Source: Blastocatellia bacterium
Lineage (GTDB): Bacteria > Acidobacteriota > Blastocatellia > UBA7656
DNA: 64,000 bases
NCBI GenBank assembly: GCA_963765495.1
Contig: CAVXWP010000001.1
Coordinates: forward strand, 832,001-896,000
Reading direction: 5' to 3'
Shown: positions 27,863 through 35,612 of the stretch, piece after piece
How the letters are laid out: each line of letters opens with the position of its first letter
How positions within the stretch are numbered: position 1 is the first letter of the stretch
Position numbers and translations under genes: made by a program
Notes under the pieces: model-generated
The model's database searches: none
The model's input: only the letters and a program-made list of their open reading frames with translations
What the model was told of the DNA's origin: nothing

Positions 27863-28768
27863 TGTTTTGGCCAGCCTCTGTTTGTCTTCCGCCGTATTCA
27901 TAATGGTATCGGTCACAACTACTCGCATACCGAGGTCTTCTATATCCGGGCAAGTCCGGGCGTCTGTTTCGTCAAGCACGAACAGAGAGGCAAAATCGCG
28001 GTAGAGTCGAGCTACGCCCGTCGCTGAAACCTCGTGCCCCAGATCGCGGAGCATATCAGCCGCCGGTCCCTTGAGCGCCCGCCCGCTAATGATCGGTGTG
28101 ATGGCTGTGACAGAATCACGCTTTTGCCCGAGGGCCTCGCGCACGCCCGGTACGGCCAGTATCGGCCCTATGCTGATAAAGGGATTGCTCGGACAGATGA
28201 TTACCCGGTCGGCTTCGGCAATCGAGCGCAGGAGGCCGGGCGCAGGCAGGGCCGATTCCATGTGCTCAAATCGAATCTCCCTGACGCGGGGCTCACACCT
28301 GCGACGCACGAAATATTCTTGAAAGTGCATCTGGCCTTCATCGGTCACAACCCGCGTCGGAGTGTAGTCATCCGTCATCGGGAGTATCGAAGAGCGAACG
28401 CCGAGGGCGAGACGTATCTGATCTGTCGCCTCCGAAAGCGTCTGACCGCGTCTCAGCAAATCTGTGCGATGGATATGTGTGGCAAGATCGCGGTCACCGA
28501 GATTAAACCACGAAGGCGCGCCGTAGCGCGCCATCCATTTCAACGATTCAAACGTGTCACCCGCGATTCCCCAACCCGTGGCTTCGTTTATCACCCCGGC
28601 CAGCGTGTAGGTCAGCGTGTCTATATCGGGCGATATGCGAAGGCCGAACATCTCTATATCATCGCCCGTGTTGGCAAGGATAGTGATCTCCTCCGGCCGC
28701 ATCACTCGCGCAAGCCCCAGTAAGAATTTCGCTGCCCCGATGCCGCCTGCAAGTGCTGTGATCTTCAT
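27842..28768 (-). CDS. cofD: 2-phospho-L-lactate transferase
   Basis: LAGGIGAAKFL, NTGDD, SPDIDT, WFNLGDRDLATH, HFQEY, PSNPFISIGPIL, KGPA. Confidence 0.93.
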   Translation of the reverse strand: MKITALAGGIGAAKFLLGLARVMRPEEITILANTGDDIEMFGLRISPDIDTLTYTLAGVINEATGWGIAGDTFESLKWMARYGAPSWFNLGDRDLATHIHRTDLLRRGQTLSEATDQIRLALGVRSSILPMTDDYTPTRVVTDEGQMHFQEYFVRRRCEPRVREIRFEHMESALPAPGLLRSIAEADRVIICPSNPFISIGPILAVPGVREALGQKRDSVTAITPIISGRALKGPAADMLRDLGHEVSATGVARLYRDFASLFVLDETDARTCPDIEDLGMRVVVTDTIMNTAEDKQRLAKTVLNYEF

Positions 28769-28771
28769 AAT

Positions 28772-28875
28772 AGAGTGATGAGTGATGAGTGATGAGTGAT
28801 TCGTGACTTTCAGGCCGTCCGGTTATTAAAGCAGGTTTGCAAGACGGGTAAATCACGGATCACGCATCACTCATC
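28772..28875. repeat. Heptamer-armed inverted repeat (GAGTGAT)n / (ATCACKC)n
   Basis: gagtgat x4 tcgtgac ... tcacgga tcacgca tcactca tc. Confidence 0.75.
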
Positions 28876-28876
28876 T

Positions 28877-29557
28877 CTACCCCGGCAATCCTACGATTCG
28901 ATAACAGGCCGTCTTTATCTTATAGCGGCGATTGATGCCTATGGCCAGCACTGTCATCCGCTCGATGGTTCTCGCGCTGTAGAGAAGGCCAGCATCTACG
29001 GGCCGAAGCCCTTCGATAGACTCGATTGCTTCAATCACACGCGCTCGCGCTTCTTTGGAGTCGCTTGCTACAAGCACATCTGAGTCAAGCTTCTCAGTTG
29101 GGTCAACCAGCAGATGGGCAGGCTCGGTCTTGAAGGCTGCCACAAGAGGAATTGATTCGGGCAGCCTTGCGCGCAGATGCTCGCTTGCCGAGCCTTCGGG
29201 CAACTCCGTGTAGCGCACTCGCCCGCCTTCAAACGACACGGGCACGGTTATGTCTATCAGCACAGCGTCTTTCTGAAAATCGTTTTGAAGCTCTTCAAGC
29301 GTCGCCGCCGCGTGCGAAAAAGGCACGGTGAGCAGGACAAACTCCGCGCCTGAGACGGTCGCGGAGTTTTCCGCATATGCTATCGAATTGCCTTCGAGTA
29401 GCTGGTTCAATTCGTCAGCCGCAGCCTTCGCCCGCTCAATTGAGCGCGACCCTATAATCACCTGCGCGCCCGCCATTGCCCATCTGAGCGCAAGCCCTCG
29501 CCCCTCTTCTCCAGTGCCTCCGATCAGACCTACTTTCAAATCACTGATGCTGGTCAT
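28877..29557 (-). CDS. npdG: NADPH-dependent F420 reductase
   Basis: IGGTGEEGRGLALRW, IGSR, LTVP, EGSA, DAG.L..AR.IE; adjacent to cof genes. Confidence 0.88.
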   Translation of the reverse strand: MTSISDLKVGLIGGTGEEGRGLALRWAMAGAQVIIGSRSIERAKAAADELNQLLEGNSIAYAENSATVSGAEFVLLTVPFSHAAATLEELQNDFQKDAVLIDITVPVSFEGGRVRYTELPEGSASEHLRARLPESIPLVAAFKTEPAHLLVDPTEKLDSDVLVASDSKEARARVIEAIESIEGLRPVDAGLLYSARTIERMTVLAIGINRRYKIKTACYRIVGLPG

Positions 29558-29809
29558 CAAGTTATGCTCGCTTTCAATCCATTGATTAAGTGTCAGGTCA
29601 AGGTTGCCATCTGGGGCGAAGGGTGTCAATGTTTGCGCTGTCGGGTCGAGTGGCCCCGGCCTTGGCAGTGTGCAAAGACAGGCTCTAATCGTTTATACTC
29701 TGGTTGCCCTCCATACTAAATCTGGAGTTTATTTAAAGAGCCTCGTAAACAGGGTAAAGAAGAGGCGGCCCTCGTTTATTCATCCGGGAAAGGAGAAGGG
29801 ACAGGATTC

Positions 29810-32800
29810 ATGCCCTCGAAGAGCAAATTCCTCATAAACAGGCTGGATAAGGAACTCGATGTCGTCTGCCTCGAACAAGAAAGCATAACCATAGGCCGGC
29901 TTATCAGCAACGATCTTGTTTTGAACCACCGCGCCGTCTCGCGCACTCACGCCGGGATAAAAGAGATCGGCGGCGTCTTCTGGCTTTTTAATCTGTCGCT
30001 TTCAAACGGAACTTTGCTTGACGGCGAACTGGTGCATAAATCGCCGATTTCCGACGGGGATGTAGTGCAGATAGGCCCGTATCTGCTGCTGATGAATTGC
30101 CCCGATAATGCGATCTCCATAACCGTCGAGATGGAACTCGATGTCCACCCGCTCGACACTCAACCCAGGGCGCTCCAGGACCAGACCGTCCTGATAGCCA
30201 TCCCCTCTTCGCCCGATAAGCCGGCCAGGTTCGGCGCTAAGAAACTCATAACCGGCGGAACCCGACTGAGCAAAGTCATGCCCGCGATAGCGGCACAGGC
30301 GCTCGACCTCTACTGGGCCTTGCGACAGAGGGAGGCGGGGAAAATGTATGCCCGGACCCCGCTCCATCCGAGAGGCAACGAGAAGGTAGGCAAGATTCAA
30401 TTCAACTGGCGTCCGACGCTCGACCTGAGCCGGTTCAGCCGCGCGTCGCTCTTTGTCTGGGGCGCTCTGGTTGTCGCGCTGCTTTCTGTAGCAGCCTTCT
30501 TTGCTCATGCGAATGCGTATTCGCCGGGCGAATTGTCGGTCACTCACAGTTCCGCTTTCGTCTCTGAACGCAATATCGCTGTTCGCTCAAACAAGGGGGA
30601 CTGCGCGGGTTGTCACGGCGTAAAGCAGGGGATGCTGGATAAATGCATCAATTGTCATACGACGCCGGCCTTTCAATCGGCTCCGGGTTTTCAGCCCGCC
30701 ATATTCGATGCTCACAAACGCGCGCGGGTCGGCTGCACAGATTGCCACACGGAGCACGCGGGCGTGAAGCCGGAAGAAGGATTGATGAGCGCGGGGCTTT
30801 GTTCGAGCTGTCACAACGACGCTTATAAAATCAAGGCGGGCGAAAGGGCGGGCCAGATACTGGGCGAGCCGCACGGCGGCGGCATCGGTTACCCTGTCGT
30901 TGACGGCGTGTGGAAATGGAAGGGGTTATCGGCCGATTTGTGGGCCGCAAAGAACCTCTCGCCTTCGCTTGCCCAGGAGAGACCCGCAGACCAGTTTCAT
31001 CTGCTCCATATGAGGGGCAGGATGCAGGGTCTTGTGGGATGCACGGACTGTCATAAGGGAGATGTGAGCGCGAGCGAGGAGTTTCGAAAATCTCCCCGGG
31101 GCGAATGCGCCAAATGCCACGGGCTCGCGACGACCGAAGGCGGGCTCACGGTTGGAAAGCGAAATTGCTATACCTGCCACGTACAGCATCACAGGAATGA
31201 AACCTTCGACGCGCTGCTTGCCGCCGGAGCGAGCGAGACGTCTATCCGCGATTATCTCGCCAGATTGAATGCCGGGGAGAATCAAGCCGCTCGCTCAACG
31301 GCGAAGCCTGATAGACCTCTTGCGGGCAGCGGGGGAGCCGCCGCGATGCGCCAGAACCGGGAGGCTACGGGCTGGAGCGCGACTTCGAGTCTGGGCGCGT
31401 TGCCGTGGTATGGGTGGCTCGGACTGATTGCAGTCCTGCCCGTTGTGGGGCTTGTGCTGGCCTTTGCCGACACGGCCCGAAAAAAACGCATGCTGATAGA
31501 GGCGAGCCGCGAAGTGATCGAAACCGAGAAGGGCCATACTACGGGCTCGCTCGATCTGGAAAAACTGAAGGCCGAAGGCCCTACATACCCGCATCCGGTG
31601 ATTGATCCGGCCCTCTGCATAGGCTGCCATGCATGCGTAGAAGTATGCCCGCACGACGTGCTTACAATCGTCAACGGGATAGCCTCGCCCATCCACCCCG
31701 ATCAATGCATGGAAGACACCAGTTGCCAGGTCGAATGCCCTACAAATCCAAAGGCCTGCATAGTCCTCAATACGACAAAGAAGATTCCGCACCGCCTGAT
31801 CCCGGATCGCGACCGCGAATATATGACAAACATATTTGGGGTCTACCTGATTGGAGACGTATCGGGTGTGCCGTTGATCAAAAACGCGGCCAACGAAGGC
31901 GCGAAGGTCATAACCCATCTGGTCGAAGAGATGAGAAGAGAAAGGCCCGACCCGGCAGCCGAATACGATGTGGCGATCATAGGCATGGGGCCCGCCGGTC
32001 TTTCGGCGGCGATCACAGCGAAGCGGAATAATCTCAGGTATGTAGCCCTCGAACAGTCTAAGGTGCTGAGGACGATTCGAGCCTATCCGGCGGGCAAAGA
32101 ACTTCACTTCAAGCCCGACACCCTGAGGGCAGATGCCGGGATGGATGTTCCGCCTTCGGGTGAGAAGCGGGAGAAGAGATTGAAAGAGGTAGTGCTCGAC
32201 AACTGGCTGCGCGCCATCAAAGAAAACGATCTGGTGGTGAATGAAGACGAAACCTGCAAGGACATCAGGCGCGAAGGAAATATAATCTCTATCATCACGG
32301 AAAGAGGCGAAGAGAAAGAGGAGGTGGTTTACAGGGCGCGCAGGGCTGTTCTGGCCATAGGCAATCGTGGAGCGCCGCGAAAGCTGAATGTTACGGGCGA
32401 GGATTTGAAACTATATGTGATGCCCGATGATACGACCGCCGGGTTATGCCGGAAATGCGGTGCGCGAGGCCGCCCGGATGCGAGATTTTGCCCCGGTTGC
32501 GGGGCCGGTATCAGACCGGGCACAAAAGCGGTCTATCTTGACAACAGAGTTAAGTACAAGCTCGCGGACCCGGAATATTACTTCAACAAGAAATGCATGG
32601 TCGTTGGCGCGGGCAATTCGGCCATCGAAGCGGCTGTCGCCTTGAGCGGTTTTGAGCGAAAAGGTGAGCAGATTACTTTTAACGGGAGTAACGAAGTGAC
32701 TCTCTTAATCAGAAGTGATTTCAAGATAGACCTGAAGTTTGGCAACAAGATGAACATCTTTGATTGCATCGATGCGGGCCGGGTGAGGGTGATCTACAGG

Positions 32801-32956
32801 GCCGAGATTAAAGAGATCAAAGAGGGTGAAGTGGTCCTGAAAAGCACCGTGACCGGAGAAGAGATGCCGCCTCTGCCAAACGATTATGTCTTTGCATTGA
32901 TAGGAAGCGAAAAGCCTACAAAGTTTTTGCATCAACTGGGGATAAAGATAATTTGA
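29810..32956 (+). CDS. Membrane fusion protein: FHA - TM - multiheme cytochrome c - TM - ferredoxin - thioredoxin-reductase-like FAD/NAD(P) domain with zinc-ribbon insert
   Basis: IGR..VSRTHA..SNGT (FHA); seven CxxCH; CIGCHACVEVCP and CMEDTSCQVECP; GMGPAG; VVGAGNSAIE; CRKC..FCPGC. Confidence 0.8.
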   Translation: MPSKSKFLINRLDKELDVVCLEQESITIGRLISNDLVLNHRAVSRTHAGIKEIGGVFWLFNLSLSNGTLLDGELVHKSPISDGDVVQIGPYLLLMNCPDNAISITVEMELDVHPLDTQPRALQDQTVLIAIPSSPDKPARFGAKKLITGGTRLSKVMPAIAAQALDLYWALRQREAGKMYARTPLHPRGNEKVGKIQFNWRPTLDLSRFSRASLFVWGALVVALLSVAAFFAHANAYSPGELSVTHSSAFVSERNIAVRSNKGDCAGCHGVKQGMLDKCINCHTTPAFQSAPGFQPAIFDAHKRARVGCTDCHTEHAGVKPEEGLMSAGLCSSCHNDAYKIKAGERAGQILGEPHGGGIGYPVVDGVWKWKGLSADLWAAKNLSPSLAQERPADQFHLLHMRGRMQGLVGCTDCHKGDVSASEEFRKSPRGECAKCHGLATTEGGLTVGKRNCYTCHVQHHRNETFDALLAAGASETSIRDYLARLNAGENQAARSTAKPDRPLAGSGGAAAMRQNREATGWSATSSLGALPWYGWLGLIAVLPVVGLVLAFADTARKKRMLIEASREVIETEKGHTTGSLDLEKLKAEGPTYPHPVIDPALCIGCHACVEVCPHDVLTIVNGIASPIHPDQCMEDTSCQVECPTNPKACIVLNTTKKIPHRLIPDRDREYMTNIFGVYLIGDVSGVPLIKNAANEGAKVITHLVEEMRRERPDPAAEYDVAIIGMGPAGLSAAITAKRNNLRYVALEQSKVLRTIRAYPAGKELHFKPDTLRADAGMDVPPSGEKREKRLKEVVLDNWLRAIKENDLVVNEDETCKDIRREGNIISIITERGEEKEEVVYRARRAVLAIGNRGAPRKLNVTGEDLKLYVMPDDTTAGLCRKCGARGRPDARFCPGCGAGIRPGTKAVYLDNRVKYKLADPEYYFNKKCMVVGAGNSAIEAAVALSGFERKGEQITFNGSNEVTLLIRSDFKIDLKFGNKMNIFDCIDAGRVRVIYRAEIKEIKEGEVVLKSTVTGEEMPPLPNDYVFALIGSEKPTKFLHQLGIKII

Positions 32957-33117
32957 GATGGCGGTAGCATTTGATGCGTGAGACAAACAGGTCTGAGTTT
33001 TCAAATCTCAGAGGAGTGCTATCCGCTGACTGATCAGTCAGCTTCTTTTCCATTATGCTGAGTATCTGAGCCCATATGTGTTCATCTGCGGTTGTTTCCC
33101 CTCTTTTCTCCAAGACA

Positions 33118-35073
33118 CTAATCTCCTCGTCGGGTCGCAACCCCGATGCGCCGCGCAAGATCGGCAAACCTCGGGTCCGGGCGCAGGCCATCGAAAATTG
33201 GGTCTGCTCCGATATATATGATCCTGTATGAACGCTCCTCGTATGCTTTTTCAAGCCATCTTAGCGTCTCATCTCTGTTGCCAAGCCCAATATGGATCAT
33301 CGCTATCTCGTAGGCCGGCGCAGCACCGCGCTTCGACTTTGTCTGCAACTCGTCGAGAACTCTCAAAGCTTCGTCTCTGTTGCCTGACATGGCATATGCG
33401 TATCCAAGCGATGCCTTGATCGGGGAACGATCTCCAATAAGGGCAACCGATTTCTCGAAGCTGGCGATGGCTTCTTCGTGCATCCCTTTTTGCACGTAGA
33501 CAAATCCGAGCGTGAAATGTGCCGCCGCGAAGTTTCGGTTCAAATCCAGTGTCTTTTGCAACTGCTCTATCGCCTGGTCGTACTGTCGGGCGAAGTAATG
33601 TATCCTTGCTTTGTCCCTGTTGATGATGAGTGAGAGAGGGTTGAGTTTTCTGGCCTGTTCCACCTCCCGCAACGCCTCTTCGATCCGTCCCGTCACCGCC
33701 AAGCAGTCGGCATACCACTGGCGCGCAGAGGCATAATTCGGATTGATCTCGATGGCGCGCTGGAACTCGTTTTCGGCGGCTGCCATGTCGTGATCGTAAG
33801 CCATCCTGACAAGCCCCAGCGAGGCATGGGCCTCAGCGAGATGGTCGTCGAGTTCCAGCGCGCGCATCGCTGCCGATCTCGCTTTGGGCATCACCGTACT
33901 TGCGGGCAGTCGAAGCCCTCCGCCAAGCACATAGCTGTCGGCAAGGCCCGCGTAAGCCAGCGCGTAAGTCGGGTCTTTGCCGAGCGCTTTTTCGAAATAC
34001 TCAATGCCTTTGCGCAGCCCTTCCTGACTTCTCTTATTCCAGAAGTAACGGCCTTTGAGATAGAGTTCATAAGCCTCGGTGTTGTGGGTGTAGCGTTTGG
34101 TCAGAAGCCCTCTTTCTTCGCCGCTCAATTCCAGTGTCAGCGCCCGCGTCACCTGTTCGCTTATCGAATCCTGCACGGCGAATATGTCCGTAAACTGCTC
34201 GTCGAACTTCTCCGCCCATAGCGTTTTGCCGTCGGGAACGCTTATGAGTTGAACGGTCACTCGAATTCGGGCGCCCAATCTTTGGACGCGACCGTCAAGC
34301 AGCGAGTCCACGCCAAGCTCGCGACCGACCTCAAGCAGATTCTGTCGGGGATCGTCATACCCACTGACGGCGCTCGTGGGGCAGATAGACATCTCCTTTA
34401 TGCGGCTCAGACCCGTTATGAGCGCGTCGGCCATACCCAGACCCAGAGACTCATCGCTTCCGTCATCGCTCATAGGTTTGAAAGGCAGCACGGCCAGCGA
34501 TCTCGGCTTCGCGGCAGGCGCGCGCTCGTTGGATTTGTCCGCGAAGAAACGATACGAGGCCCCGGCAACAAGCAATATCAGAAGGATGCCTGCGGCGGCA
34601 GCGATTCGGCGCGGCGTCAAGATAGCTTCTGGCGTAGTCGCTCTACTCGCTAATTGCGAAGTCTGTGCGGAGCGGTCTTCTTCCTCCTCGGTGATAATAC
34701 GCGACCTCGTGAAGCTCGCTACTATTAACCCGTCATCATTATCTGTCGAAATGCTAACCGGAGCCACAAAGCGATAGCCTCGCTTCGGCACAGTCTCTAT
34801 ATACCTGCTCTGGCCGGGCGTCTCGCCAAGAGCCTTTCTCAAAGTGGAAATGTTGCGGTTGAGATTGCCTTCTTCAACGACAGTATCGCGCCAGACCAGG
34901 CGCATCATTTCGTCCTTTTCAACTACCCGGCCCCGGTTTTCGACAAGCGCCAGAAGTATATCGAACACCTTTGGAGTCAGCGGCACCGTCTCTCCACCGC
35001 GCAGCAGAACCCGTTCGGTAGCATCTAACCAGTATTCATGGAATATGTATAAATGCTTTATTTGCTTGTTCAT
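33118..35073 (-). CDS. Winged-helix (OmpR/CadC-type) regulator with TM, TolB-like and TPR domains
   Basis: LTPKVFDILLALVE, EEGNLNRNISTLRKAL, IETVPKRGYRF, SLAVLPF, EAYELYLKGR, TPRs. Confidence 0.88.
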   Translation of the reverse strand: MNKQIKHLYIFHEYWLDATERVLLRGGETVPLTPKVFDILLALVENRGRVVEKDEMMRLVWRDTVVEEGNLNRNISTLRKALGETPGQSRYIETVPKRGYRFVAPVSISTDNDDGLIVASFTRSRIITEEEEDRSAQTSQLASRATTPEAILTPRRIAAAAGILLILLVAGASYRFFADKSNERAPAAKPRSLAVLPFKPMSDDGSDESLGLGMADALITGLSRIKEMSICPTSAVSGYDDPRQNLLEVGRELGVDSLLDGRVQRLGARIRVTVQLISVPDGKTLWAEKFDEQFTDIFAVQDSISEQVTRALTLELSGEERGLLTKRYTHNTEAYELYLKGRYFWNKRSQEGLRKGIEYFEKALGKDPTYALAYAGLADSYVLGGGLRLPASTVMPKARSAAMRALELDDHLAEAHASLGLVRMAYDHDMAAAENEFQRAIEINPNYASARQWYADCLAVTGRIEEALREVEQARKLNPLSLIINRDKARIHYFARQYDQAIEQLQKTLDLNRNFAAAHFTLGFVYVQKGMHEEAIASFEKSVALIGDRSPIKASLGYAYAMSGNRDEALRVLDELQTKSKRGAAPAYEIAMIHIGLGNRDETLRWLEKAYEERSYRIIYIGADPIFDGLRPDPRFADLARRIGVATRRGD

Positions 35074-35080
35074 AATGGCC

Positions 35081-35118
35081 TTCGGAACTTTTTCGGGGAA
35101 ATTTCGGAAGTATTTCCA
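35081..35118. promoter_or_regulatory. Four direct repeats with 11-bp period, candidate wHTH operator
   Basis: TTCGG at 35081, 35092 and 35103; TTCCA at 35114; immediately upstream of the wHTH start. Confidence 0.5.
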
Positions 35119-35307
35119 GAGTTCTGCAAAGACTTAAGGCCGCATTCGAGTTATTGTCTGCCGAGTGATCAGAATTCGACGGAAGCCGATCTATCGTACC
35201 TATTGTAATAAAAGGGGACAGTGAAGGCAACGCCTGTCGGTAGTCGATGTTCAGTCGTCAGAAAGCAATCATCTCGGGGCGATTTGCTTTCTACACTTGG
35301 AGTCGGT

Positions 35308-35562
35308 GTGAAGAAAAAGCGCAAAACAGAGATCACTATAGAAACAGCGCGAGTCCTGGTAATAAAAAAATCAGGGAAATCCGTTTCGGCCTGGTGCCCG
35401 CAATGCTTGCAGCGTGTCGCAATGATCACGCCCGAACAGGCTATGGTAGTTGCGGGCGTCAACTGGCGCACGATATACCGCTGGGCTGAGGCCGGTAGTA
35501 TACACTCTACCGAAACCCCCGAAGGCTTTCTGCTCATCTGCCTCGATTCGCTCTCCCCATAA
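35308..35562 (+). CDS. Small CxxC / helix-turn-helix (excisionase/MerR-like) protein
   Basis: GGAG then GTG; WCPQC, TPEQA....GVNWRTIYRWAEAG.IH, ICLDS. Confidence 0.65.
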   Translation: MKKKRKTEITIETARVLVIKKSGKSVSAWCPQCLQRVAMITPEQAMVVAGVNWRTIYRWAEAGSIHSTETPEGFLLICLDSLSP

Positions 35563-35611
35563 TTTAAGAGGTTCGCATAATTTAAGAGGTTCGCATAATT
35601 TAAGAGGTTCG
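35558..35611. repeat. Perfect 18-bp tandem repeat x3
   Basis: CATAATTTAAGAGGTTCG x3, between the stop of the small HTH gene and the CHAT ATG. Confidence 0.95.
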
Positions 35612-35612
35612 A

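Noticed and set aside
31615-31635. Eighth heme motif (CIGCH) in the fusion protein
   Set aside because: It is part of the ferredoxin CxxCxxCxxxCP motif after the second TM, on the predicted cytoplasmic side
35558-35611. Possible CRISPR array near a CHAT protease
   Set aside because: The 18-bp units are directly adjacent with no spacers, and there are no cas genes in the window
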